Below, one piece after another: positions 1 to 13,900 of a DNA stretch of 64,000 nucleotides. The position numbers and the translations under genes are program-made. Location: positions 11,346,001 to 11,410,000 of the forward strand of contig CAIIXF020000001.1 in NCBI GenBank assembly GCA_903813345.2. The letters are read 5' to 3'. This DNA comes from Owenia fusiformis. Its lineage: Eukaryota. The notes under the pieces are model-generated. The model was given only the letters and a program-made list of their open reading frames with translations. It ran no database searches and was not told where the DNA came from. Within the stretch, counting starts at the first letter, position 1; every line of letters begins with the position of its first letter.

Positions 1-3000
1 CAGGGATTACCCTAACATTTGAGGGAGTGGATGCTTTCATGCTACATCCATGGAATTTTTAAAATATGCTTGCACCAACATGAAAACAGTTTTGCACCAA
101 GTTAAAAATCATGAAAATTCGCCAAATTTGACCAACTTAAGGCTTTACTATGTAAAAAGAATTTCGAACTCATTTGGAAAAAGACGACTGAGTTACACAT
201 CCAAAAAGTTGATTCATTAGTTACGAGAGTTCAGGAAGGCAACTCCTGCTGTTTGAGCATTCCTAGTTGTCGAATTTGCACATTCAGTACAAGAATGAGT
301 GATGTATCTATTCTTGACGATAGAGCCGGATATTTAGGGCATCGATCATTAGGCGAAAAACTTTGTATTTTAAGGTTTTTAACCCGTATCATTATAACTT
401 TCTCTACCTTTTTTCATAATCTGTGTTACATGGTCGACCTTCTTCCAGTTTCATATCTACATCTCATAACTCTTTCATGTAGACCACCAATACCTCAGAT
501 CAATTACATTCTAAAAGCAATCATGAGTTTTACCACATGTGGTTATTTTGTGCAATGATATCCCCATCAAAGTCTAGCTTTTATCTACAGAGGTCCTTTA
601 CCCACCCAGGGGTTACATTGTTCCACTACATACTACTTTAATTTGTTCATTTATCAGACGGGAAATTTTTGACTTTTGCATCGTCTTTATCATCAGTGCA
701 CATTTGCTGTCTGGAAGGAACCATTAAATCTTGAGGAACATTACCTTCCAGTAAGATATATTGCATATGAGAATGTAAAGAGCGTTATTCGGAAAGAACC
801 CACAAATGGTAACACAAGAAGAGCAAAATTACATCCAAATCAAATATATATTAATCAATAAACAAAAAATGGACCGATACATTATATCAGATACAAGATT
901 TATATAATATGGGTAATTATTTGAAGTAAGTAATTTGAGCAGGTTTTTATAAATATTTTTATAAGTGTATATTTCAACGTCAAGTACTTTAATTTCTGTT
1001 TACCATATCCCCCACAATGATCCGTCCTGGCCTTGATTTTCAAGTATAAACCGATAAAGTTGTTATTAGAAAAAAATGTTAAAGCGGCAGTGAATGACCG
1101 AGAGTGTAAAATATTGGAAGCAGTTTTTAAGACGCATTCCTGGGTGAATAAATATAATCCTAAATGTACGATTTCTGAAACAAAAATTGTGATATCTAAT
1201 TAATCAAATATGATATTTTTTGTACGATTTAAGGTGCAGATATGTCCAAATTAAAGGACATCCACCCCTTCAAAATTATTGCTATGAACAAGGATAAGGA
1301 TTATCATGAAATTAACTTTTGAACTATTGTGAATATTATATGATTTTGTGAAAGTTGTTCTCAATTTGTTTCTTGTCTTAGTTGCACTTTAAGACAGCTG
1401 TATATCATAAAACATTCAAATTAGTCTGTTCGTTACATCATGGCCTTGTTGGAAAAAGTACACATATGGTTTATTTAAATCATTCTGATCGTTGTAATAC
1501 ATTTTAAAAACATGGGTTTCTTTTCTAGTCCTGTAATTCGCTGACTTTAAATGAGACTGTTTAATTGAGGCAGACAAACTCGTTTTTATTTCTAAAAACC
1601 CTTCTTGTTTTTCAAATGTTCCTACTTCAGTGTTTTCGTATTTGCTGAAATCATCTGTCTCTTATAATTGTTGTGTTTCTTTGTGACAGCACTTTTTGCG
1701 AACTACTCTTATTTATTATCGGCCAAATATCATACATTTATTTTCAGTTTTCCGTCTTTGGATATGTTTGGTTTTCTTCAAGCTAGATGCATGCTGTGAC
1801 TAATGAAATTATTAATGGTATATATGTCAAATTCAGAAGTAGAAGGCAATTTAAACAGTCATGCCGGCTGTTAAAAGTTAAAACTCGTTACTTATCCTAG
1901 AAAATCACAACAGGGAATGGGAATATACAAGGTAAATAGTTGACCTTAGAGTGTCCTGAAAGGTTGGACGTAATGGGTAGTTTTTTTAGTTACGTTTACA
2001 CAATATGTACTTCATCACCAAGAAACGGGGTTTACATACTGGAATTTGTTTTCAAAAGTTCAATGACCTTTTGTTTGCTGATACTGTCACTCCACAGTGT
2101 TGGAAAATATATTGGTTAAATAAATCTTTTTTTGCAGTGTCAGTTTTCAGTAGGGAGTTCACTGAGCATATCAGCTGAACGATTCCGTTTTGTGTGGGCG
2201 TCTGAAACTGCACAGAACTTTGATATAATGATATGCTTCTGGGAAATGTTCTCTATCAGCAAGTATCCCATGAAATAGTGAAACACATAAGACTTTGAAG
2301 AATTTTGCACTCATTTTGGAAAATACAGATACTCATGTATAATGCAATGATACAAAAACTTCTAGATATATTTACTAACGTTTTCACATAGTTCACAAGA
2401 ATGCATAATTTGTCACAACACTATTCCAAACTACTATATTATCTAAAAACAATATGTAGCAGTCTTGCATAACTTTTGACTTTTGATGGATAAAAAGTAT
2501 GGGTCATTATATTTTAGTCTTTTTGCGGTGAAATATAATCAGCACGTTGTAAGCGTTTCTAAAATTACCCAGCTTGAAACAAGAATAGGTTTCGCACAAC
2601 ATATGTGTTTGCAGACAGAGGAAGTGTGTTTATGCTTAACTGAAGTTGATAAATGCTGAGTTATTTTGACATTTTTGATTATTGATATAATTTGTTGCTG
2701 GTTCATCTACCTAATTCTACACCTTTTCTGTCTAGCATTACTGAAAACATCCGTCTAGAGATGGACGATTCCAGTCACAGTCAGTGCGGGCAGACCACTT
2801 GAATTTTTTTAATTCACTTTTTTATTTATTCAGTTGCAATTTTGTCCATAACTTCATCTCCATGATTTCTCCAAGGAAGTCCTTGATATCTCAGAGACAA
2901 ATACGCAGTATTTCAGAGGGTTTAGCATTCATGCATTCGAGACTCAGCCATTATTACGTGAGACCTTACATCCGATTGTAAAACTTCTTTTAAACACCTG

Positions 3001-6000
3001 GTATACGAGACTTGTTATGTCTACCCCTCTCCAAAAATATCTTTATCGATATCCAAGCCCAAAACAGTTCTTCGATGTTTAGGCGCAGATTACCGTACAG
3101 GTTCTAAATGTTATGTAACTGTGAGAGTGTTTTTGTTCTTTACTTTCCGACCCTTCACACAATTAATAATCTTTGGAGAATTAAAAGAATTCATTTAAAA
3201 AAGCATATTTCCATTTGTTTTTGGTGTTGCTTCACTCAGAACGACATATCAAGGTTTCACCACTATGTTTCACTGCTACCATAAGGCGTTCTCTACATTT
3301 GCATACGTACTTGTCTCAAAAGTATGAAACACCATTGAAAAAACAACTTAAAGCATAACTCCCTATACACATGAAGGAATGCTTCACGGGTCCTTTCTCA
3401 GAGAAAACACCCTTTGTATAAACAAAGATACTAAACATAAGAAGCTAACATAATATGTGTCAACACCTTTAGTGTGGCGAAGTCTGCTAGATAAGAGATA
3501 TATGTATTTTCCTGACATATAACAACCTTGTGCACTATTAGTTCGGACAACCTGCTAACACTAACAAACGTAGATTATTTGGAAAAGTTTTAATCTTTAC
3601 ACTACTTTTTCTTGAAATGGTTTGTTTTATTTGTTCTCCTTTAGTAGTATCGGTATCCATGATAGTCAGAACTGTTGAAAGTACACGATTAAATTTGTGT
3701 TAGGTAGTCGAATTTTCCTTTGAAATGGGGTACAATAACATAATATATTGTACTGTAATCGTGTCTGATACTTTTTCCCCCGATACTGTCGAATTCAGAG
3801 AGTCACAAAACCGACTGTTGGTGATCTCGTCAAATATCAATGTTCTCACGAGTGTCGAAAGTATAAATAACCCAAACTATGCAAGAAATACAGAAGTACA
3901 GTTAATTTATTTTTAAAGTAAACTGTTTCTAACTATTTCTTAAAATGCTAAAGGCCAATTACAATTCCTTTGAACATTAATGTGAGACCGACATAATAAT
4001 AAATTGTTTTATTGTAGATAGGCATTTTCTGATATAACACTATGTTAAGTAATACTTTTCAGGACGATAGCCTCAATGAGATGACAATATCTCTTGTTCT
4101 ATTCAGTATTTTTACACCAAGTTTTGACAAGTTGTTTAAATGTGATAATCCTTATTAAAAATTGTATTTCAGTGATAAATTTTGAAATATAGGACCAGCG
4201 GTAAAGGTAATTTGCAGTTTTTCCTTAAAAAAGTATTTTTCGTATCCATCACCAGCCAAACATTTTCCTTTTATATTCACCTTGGGAAAGGGTTAAGCGT
4301 TTGTGAGTATCATTCTTCTTTTCGTACTTCACAAGCTACTACTCCTTTTTTTGGTTACTCTCACTAGTACCATGAAGCCGCTAGTAGTAATTAGATTAAG
4401 TTCTCTTTTCAAAGAAGCAAAATTACTAAAAAAGAGTACATAATTGGTTACAGTAGTTCGACGGAGTTCAGACGGTTCCCAAAGTCTTTTGACAGTTGCT
4501 ATAACAATTTCACAAGTGTTGGGAGGTATTTCAACTCCTGTTGTGTAAGTGTATTCCTTCAGTGATGGGTTCAGCCCAACAAGTTTCAATATTGGACAAC
4601 ACAGTACCAGTAGTTTATATAAAAAAAATCACCACAAGAATGTATCTGATATTATTTTTTGTCTAGAGTCCGTCAAAAATTGCAAACTGATCTTTGAAAT
4701 GTCAACATGTACAAATTGTTTTTCTTCCATATTTTCTCCTATTTCAAGGTTTGCGTGACCTTTCCGGCCATATGTTTCTGATGTCAATGTGGAATTTGGG
4801 TCATTATAACAGTCTTCACTCATATGAAATACTTTACTATGTCCAATACGTTTGACACGCGTGTCCCGAGGCTGCAACCTGATCTATATATTTCAGCATA
4901 AGAAATTGTTTTTGTTCTATATTTTCTCGTATTTCAATGTCAACATGACTTTTCCATTTGTTTCTCTGTAGGATATAATAATGCCAATGTGGAATGTAGG
5001 TCATCATATCAGCCTGTACTCATATATACATTATTTCATTAATCTTTTATGGAAAATGGAGTCCAAGCTATTTTGCTTTGATTTTTGTATCCCTGGTAAA
5101 AACTGTCTAAAACATATGTTTTCATGTTTGTCATCAATCGACACCACTTGAAATTTCAGAATGTTACAAATTATTTTCCTACGATTTTCTTACCTTTCCA
5201 ATGGGTTGAGTATGAGGAAATCGCGCACAGAATTTTTAAATATAGGTCATCGAAAAAACGTTCATCATGTCAAAGAGCATTTTTGACATGTGTATTGTAC
5301 GTATGTTCTAAGTCTGTGTAATGTTGTAGACAAAATCTCAGCGTGTAATTACAAACTGTTGTTGCAGTAATGTCAAAATATATTTCCCAGCTGAACGCTT
5401 CATCCCCCCCTTAGGCAATGACATTGTGAATTTAATGCAATGTGAACGAGGTCATGAAAATTTGCTTAAGTACCATTTTTTTCTTGGATAAAAACAGAAG
5501 AGCCAGAGACATATGATTCTTGAGTCGCTGCACCACTGGAGACAAATTCCAGCATGTTGCAAATTTCTTTTTTTTCATTTTTTCGTATTTCCATGTCAAA
5601 ATGTTTTTTGAGATGCTCGCTTTTTGTTGCAAGGATCACTTTTCGGCGGGAAATTATTTCAAATTGTCAAAGACATATTTTGAAAAGACAACTGTAATGT
5701 GAGAGTCTAATATTAGAAGTGTAAACTTTTGTAAAACCCTTTCTCGAGGTTAAACCAACCTTCTTAATTGGTGTTATAATGAACAGATACACAGTTGGAT
5801 AAATGATAACTTGACGCTTTGTTCAAAATATCAATCTTTTTTGGTTGAACGTATGCCACGTCAGCTTGGAGAATTTATCACTTTTGTCAGGAGACCACCC
5901 TGTGAAGTTTGCTTTTAATTATTCATAACGAAATTAACGTGCGCCGAAGTTGTGCATTTGTTTGGGAATTTATCAAGATATCTTTAAATGATTAATGCAG

Positions 6001-7814
6001 TTATGTTTTGGAGATTATTTAAAGAGATCACCATCCAAACTGGGATTTCCTTAGTTAAAAATGAGCAGACATTATTTAACACTTTCGAATTCTAACATAA
6101 GTGTAGTACAGCATTTGCGTTTTTAGGTTTCTCCATTAACATTCTGAATTTCAAATTACCCAGATCCTACATTGTGTTCTCTGTCATTAGTACCAGTTGA
6201 TGTGTTTACCTTTGCGCAATCTGTTATCTTTCCCTGTTTTCTGGCATCTTTTGATGTAAATGTCTAGCTTATTTTTTGATTTCCCCTTCGAAAACAGTTA
6301 TTTGGATCAAAGTCTGGACGGAATGTACATCGTGTCATCTCAACCTTATGGTTTTTATACCCCATAGCACTTATTCTCCCGAGAGTTATCTGCAAGAAGT
6401 CAAAGGTTATTGTTCAGTAACCACAATTTATATTAGTTTGACGTGAGACATGCACACCATTCGAAACCAATAATTAGGCTAAAAAATGATGCTTTATTTT
6501 GTTGAGAGTGGCATGTTTTTAGAATTATTTCACCCATTAGATGAAACATATGGTTTCATGGAGTCAATGCTCGTTTTACATACTTGACATTATTTTTTAC
6601 ATCATGCAGGAATTCATTTATATACATGGCTCTGAGAATGCAGTATATTACCGGTTATATAATCAATGAATAGTCCTCGATCCTTGAATTAATTTTTATT
6701 CGTCGATGTATGTAAAAGTCTATAATTGATCTGTTGCGTTTAGCACATAATGCATGCCAGACTGGATCTATGTCATACCAGACGTAACGTATTCCCAAAA
6801 CAAAATACAATTGCGCTGTGTAAACGTGTTAAATACCAGATAAAAATAGTTGATACGTTGACCTTACCTGGTAACTGGCGGTTCATATCACATATCTGGC
6901 ATTCTAAATGTAGACGAATCGCGTCTTCATACTTTGTGTAAGTCAATTTAATTTACTTTTGATTATTTAAAGTTTCAAGAGAGATATACAAAATATGTTT
7001 GTAGCCACTGGTTCACTGATTAAATAAAATTTATTGTTCGTTATCCGACGTATTCCCAACTTTTAATTCCCAGAAAACAAGCGAAAATTGAATAAGAACA
7101 AAACAGAAAACATATTGTACATATTGGGCTTATGATAAAAGCGCGGTAAAATAATGATGGACGTAGTTAAAGTAACACCCATTAATTTTCCTGTGTACAC
7201 ATTAACAAAGGCCGAACGTAATACCTGGAACGTGCCTCGTTCGCAATTTCAATGTATTCGACGTTCGGCTTTTTACCGTATACTATTCTATCAACCATGA
7301 AATATAAACCATTGGGAAATTCCACAGACGAATGCTCTAATGCAATACATCGAAATCATCGGATTGATTATGAAAAAACAAGGATTTTCGATACATAACC
7401 CCATATACCACGGGGTAGCTCCATATATGTCCCCTCTCTAATAGAAATAATACATAGATCACCCATTGAGACAAAAGGATATGGCCGAATCATTTCGTCA
7501 TACTTTTTATAAAATTAACACAAGATAAACAAAATAAAAAATATATAAAATATGTATATTTTCACTGGTGATTACACTGATAAATCTTTATTTCAATCAA
7601 CCATCGTCCCAATTCTTGATTTCGATTTTTGTCTTTTACCTTTTCAAAAGCGCCCTCTTCCGTTTCAACAGCACCCTCTGTGGAGTAGTCCCATTGTCTA
7701 ATGAAGATCATTTAAAGCCCCGGATGTCGTGTCGTTTCGTTTGATACACAACTTAAGCCCCGGGTATTAAATAAGCCCTTGCATTGCATTGACCCGAATA
7801 CTTTCTATTTTCAG

Positions 7815-7997
7815 CATGTAAATATGACGGAAAGACATATAAACACGATAGCGTGTGGCAACCGTATGGAAATCAAGACCCATGTTTTGTTTGCAAGTGC
7901 CATAATGGAGAATTCTTTTGTGAAACGCAAAAATGTGACAAACCTAATTGCCCAGGAGCAGTAGCCAAGGAAGGGGAGTGCTGCCCGAAATGCCCAG
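7815..7997 (+). CDS. Collagen N-propeptide VWC (chordin-like cysteine-rich) exon
   Basis: Translates [60 protein letters not shown], the VWC Cys pattern (CxxCxC...CCPxC); tttcag acceptor, gtaaag donor, phase 1-1. Confidence 0.93.
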
Positions 7998-10900
7998 GTA
8001 AAGACATCACCCAAACATCTATTGTATTGTATTGTATCTTTATATCATTTAGCGTATATATATAAATTATATAATAAATATAAATTGTAATATTTAAAGA
8101 TTATACGACAATAATATACTGATTTCTCTCTCTCTCTCTTTCAGATAGTGAAGAACTTGAAAAGGTACAGAATAGCTTGCAATTAAGTATACTTTCATAG
8201 TTTAAACATAAAAAACTATCGAACTTCACTATTGTGTTTTCATGATATATTTCTATTTATTGTGAGACAGAAATACACCACTTTGTATCTAAGCACAGGT
8301 GCAAAAGGGAAAGGACCAAAAGCTGTAATGGAACCTAGCAAGAAAAAGCAAACTCTATTCGTGCATACCAGTCATAAGAAAAGAACCAAGAACCAATCCA
8401 AGACCAGAACACCAACGGACATTTCATTCATACTGACGTCATTACAATAATATATGTAGAAGCAAAAATAGAATTTTATAATTACTTTCAAGGGTCAAAA
8501 CCCATTTGCAAAGCTGTCAAAGTAATCCATAAAACACAGTAATTCACAATGACCATTATGAAAAAACTATGGCTGGTTTCGATCCCAAATTTTTCAACCA
8601 TTAAAGTCATTTTATACTTGAACGTTACTTATAGTATACCATCATTCGGAAATATAATATATTTTAATATTTCAAGATGAGGGCTGCTGCAGAAGAGAGA
8701 CTTGTGACAGTACAAGTAAGTATACGCACATTGAAAACATTGTATCATGTAAATATAACTAAATGAATGCAAACATTTGCTTAAAACATTTAAGACTAAT
8801 GAATGTGCAACGCGTTTTCAGTAAATGATAATTATCATTCAAAATACGTTACAGAATGTTCATATTGTGTACACAATTTATATACATTGGGGATTTGCTT
8901 TTAGGGACCTCCAGGACGCATCGGAAGAGCTGGACCTCGTGGAGGTCAAGGAGATAGAGTAAGTAGCTATGTCTTTAAATCATTCAGAATAACACATACA
9001 TTAAAAAAGTACATGAGCTGTCTAAAAATTAAAAAACGCGCACCTTATCTATTCATCAGATATAACTGATGGTTGCTTGACCAAATTTTCGTTGGCACAG
9101 TTGTACCCTCCACAATACTCTAGACGATTCAGCGGCAATACATAATATACATGTATATATGAGCTTAATATATATGATTATAAATTATAGGGTGACGAAG
9201 GTAGCGATGGTAACAATGGCGTCCCAGGGCCACCTGGTCCACCAGGTCCTCCAGGAGAGGTAAGCCGACTTTATTGAGCTTTTTTATTTGTTAAATGAAA
9301 TATTATAACTTGTTCAATTTGACCAGTCATTGATATTTAATTCAACATCATTTTTGTAAAGTTCTTAATGATATGTGATGTGAAATAAATGTGTATGTGT
9401 AGAGATTTCTTTTAAAAGTATTCTTAAATAATTTATTGAAAATAGCCCCTTGCTGAAATCCTCTATAACTTTAAAAACTCCAAGCTTTAAAAACAGGAAT
9501 TAGAAGAGCAAAATGGATACTATTACAAGTGATAAAAACTAAGGTTCTTAAACAGGACATGTGTCTTGATTTTCTGAGGATTTAGGTTAATACTACAGAA
9601 TAGATCACAGTATGATTTCAAGATAAAAAAAAGTCAAATAGAGCTGAATTAGTTTATGTTTGTTTTTTAACATTCCATGTGCAGTAATTGTCAAAAAGTC
9701 TACTGATAGATTTCTATTTTAAGTGAAATGTACTTGAAGTATTGTATGTAATTATATACCAGTGTCAAAATTTTACAACAATTAGTTTTGCATCCAAAAT
9801 ATATGAAAATTATAATTTAAAACAATAAAAAAGTGTTTCATGTGCATTTTAATTATTTTCTGTAGATTTGAATTAGTATTTTAGTGTAAATAGAATGTCG
9901 TATAGAATATTTACTTGTATATTCTATACAGGCACTGTAGTGTATTCTGTTTTCTTAGTTTTATTTATTCAGAAAAGTTAATATCTCCTTGATTCAATAT
10001 TCTGTTACTTTTATTTTTGGTAATGTGTTTTTTTTATTTCTGAGTGGATTCTCCTCAATATTATGTCTATATTTTGTTTGCTTTACATCCTTGGTTGCTT
10101 TGGTTACGTTATAGGCTGCAGCATCTACTTGGGACCAAGTTAGGTCAAACTGGCAGAACTCTGATAAAGCAGGCGGGGCTCAGTTCCCTCCTTCTATAGT
10201 TGCACAACAGGTACCATTGTCTGTGTGTCAACAAATAATCCCCTAACCCTCCTAAACCCCTAACATCATGTAACACAGTCTAAAACATCGAAATTTCAGT
10301 CTCTCTCTAAGGAGCTGGAATTTGGTTGGATGGTGAAATATGTGGTATTGCATCAGAACTCAAGAGACGAAAACCAGGACAGTACAAGGATCCACTTAAA
10401 TATTCATATTAAATGCAAACCATAACTGTTTCACCATTATGGAACTGAAAGCACTTATTTACTACTTATATTCTACAGTATTTTAATGGCATTGGTTACA
10501 GGCACAGGCAGCATATTGGGATACATTGAGAGAAAGCTGGCAACAAACTGAGAAGGGACCTGGCCCAAACGCGGCCTACCGTGGTCCAGCAGTGATGCAG
10601 CAGGTTGGGAAGTCATATCTTATTAACCTTAATGTTCTCAAGGATATGGATACGTTTCTAAACATGTCTAACATAACACACACTGTTGAAATATTATCTA
10701 ACTCTCTAATGAATAAAACAATTGTTATGTTGATAAAAAACAGGAAAATTAACTTTTACAAAAAGATTACACGTTCATTTTTATCACTTACATATTTACT
10801 AATGAATCTTAATATAAACTAGAGAACCATCTAAAATAAACTAATGATATTATTGTATTTTCAATGCAACTCTATGTTTAATGTAACTAATGCATTTGTA

Positions 10901-13900
10901 GTATTTACCTTTAAACATGCAATAGTCATACTTAAAACAAAACAAAAACATTTTTAGATAATATAAAATATTTAATTGAAATGAATTTCAGCACAAGTTA
11001 GTTCACTATATACAGAAAAATCATTTCTTATATCTAGGTTTGCTTCCATCCCCTCAATTTTTGTATCTTTTATTATAGGGTCCAATCGGTCCAAGAGGTT
11101 CACCAGGACAACCGGGTCCAGCAGTAAGTATTTTAATCAGGGTGATATATTCTGTAAAACATAACGAATCACGACATGAAGAATAAATATTTAGACTAAA
11201 GAATATGATAAAGCTTTTTAAGAGCTGAGTTTCAGGATACATGTTTATAGTAGCGTTGTAGCGTAGTTAATACAAAGTAGTTCTGCTGCCTGGAATAGCT
11301 TTACACTATTAAGGCGTTCTTTAGAATGTCAGACGCAACCTTATAGTTGGAAACGATTAATATTTTACAGACAGATTGTAAAAATAAACGTTCATGAGAA
11401 CAATGTTTTATTAACGGTTTAACCTAAGGAACAGGCACATCTCATCTTTGCATGTACAGTCTATTGAATTGTACCTACTCGAGCGCAATAAACAAGATGA
11501 ATTAACAACAGATTCTAGAAATTAAGATAAATGGGACAAAAAAAGAAGTTAGTTTCTTCATAACCAAGAAGCTGGCTAGCTAGCTATACCACATGTAACG
11601 GAAACTAACGGAAATGCTTGCGGTCTTATGTTACCCATGTCAGCATAATAAACAATTTGTATTCAGACTTTTTTGATGTTCTAATTTCGGACTTATGAAC
11701 TAGATCTAGCTACTCTGGTAAAAAATAAAAATTATTTTTGGTGGATTGAGCGTTGTCTGCGTCAAACATGCTGTTAAGTGAAAACACGTGGGGCACTACT
11801 ATCGACTACCCGAATATCCTAAAATAAATTAGTAAGGCTGGAAATGTTGTTTTTTGTATTGTTGGTAACCGCAGACTCACCACAAGGACATTTTTCTTAT
11901 TTATTGTCTCTTGTTTTAAGAAAAAAATTAAAATCAATGTTCTTGACATAAGGGTTTTCCAGAACAGTCTTGTTTCTGCTGGTCGCCGGACAGTTGGCAA
12001 AAACAGGATATAGATTTGACCCACCCGGGTCACCGCTAAAATAATATATTATTGCAAAGAAAATGAAATTATAATGAACCGATTTAGCCTTCTTAAATGT
12101 TTGAATGTTAATATGTTGACGTTTTGTTATAGGGTCCCCAAGGTTTCCAGGGTATTCGAGGAGAGGCAGGAGAGCCAGGACCACCGGTACGGATGCCTTT
12201 GATAACATGAAATATTTCTATAAAAAGAATTATAATACGAATTATCTACGAAAAGTAATATAATTTTAATATATACTTGATATTCTATTATATAATATAT
12301 ACATAAAGCGACATCCATAAATTAGAATAACATTGGTGAGAAATATTTATACAAAATAAACTAATTCTAATCTTTGTATATTTCAGGGTCCATCAGGTTT
12401 GAGAGGACCCCCAGGTCTTTCTGGTCTGCAAGGAAAAGATGTAAGCATTAGTCCTGAAAAGTTTAAAAGTCAACGTGCCCTAGTCATTACTTAGCTTTTA
12501 TAGCACAAGTATGCTAAAAAGTATAAACGCGTATTTATAGAAATAGTTTCACACCACTATTTTACCTGATCACATGTCTGAAAAGTCGCAAGATTCAACT
12601 GCAAACAGTTTATTCTCTTTTCAATCCGTTCTAACTGTATATCCTGGAGAGGCCACCCGCATTCATAAGTTCATAACCTAAACCGTTACTCCATGGATAA
12701 ATCTCAAATTTATTCAATTTTTGTGTGGTTCATGAATAATTCGAGGGGTTGCTAACAGTTCTATAAATCCTGATTAGATGGATTTACTTATGCAAGTTCA
12801 AGTGTGAATCCATTTGGTGTGGATTGGCTAAATCCAAAATGATCTGGGATTTAACTTTCGGCTGTCGGCTATCGGATTAACCTACTATTTTATGACCAAC
12901 TGACTTAAATATGAATAGTACCTGCCACTATTCCTTGCATATTTAAATGAGTTTTCCACAAAAAGTAAGTTAATCCGGTAGCCGACAGCCGAAAGTTGCA
13001 TTCGCGTATACAAGATAACATTTATTTGGATAATCCCCGGCACAAGGACTATAGTTAAATTCTTCAATGTTCCAGGGTGAAGTTGGACGTGATGGTGATC
13101 CCGGCTCAAGAGGTCTCCCAGGGTCTCCTGTAAGTTTTACTTATATATCTTGTATTAGAAGGGAAATTGCAGTATTCGTAAATGTTATACTTTTAAACAA
13201 GTAAAATTGCTAACATGTCATAATGGCTTAGCTATGAATTTTGGTCAATAAATCAAAAATGCTTATCTGTCTTTCCACTCAAGTTCCAAATTGAATTACG
13301 ATTATGTCTGGTTTTTGTACAACCTCCTTGCTCTCTTTCAACATGTCAGCTTTAGTTAGACCAATTACAAATTCCGATTTTGCTTTTCTGTGCTCCTTTA
13401 TTGTAGAGTGTGTAGTTTGCAGAACTATGAACGTAATAAACCATTTGTTTTAGGGTCCAAGAGGTCCATCCGGAATGCCAGGTATGCCAGGACCAAAGGG
13501 ACACAGGGTAAGTATAATATACCTTGAACAAGCGAATAATGTTCGAATATGATGTGTAACCTGGATAAACGGAGATTTAAGGCATGAGCAAAAAGATCAA
13601 TTCTAATTGGTCCATATTAATAAATGAACGTATAAGCATTCATTTGCCCGATTTGCTGCTTTACCACTATTTTATGTTTTTGGAATTTCATTTTAGGGTT
13701 ACCGAGGTCAACCAGGATCTAAGGGAGAACAAGGGCGTGGTGGTGAGAAGGGTCCCGAGGGATCCCCTGGTCCACAAGGTCCTCATGGACCAGTTGTAAG
13801 TACATGTACAGTTTCAATGTTTACTAGGATATAGCATCATGAAGGCTTTAAAACCAACATCAAAATGAAAATAACACAAATGTTCAATGATTGTTTCTCA

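Noticed and set aside
1-7800. Short ORFs and a possible collagen signal-peptide exon
   Set aside because: No ATG plus hydrophobic leader with a phase-1 donor could be identified. The region looks like a long first intron with degenerate repeats (e.g. 4690-5030).
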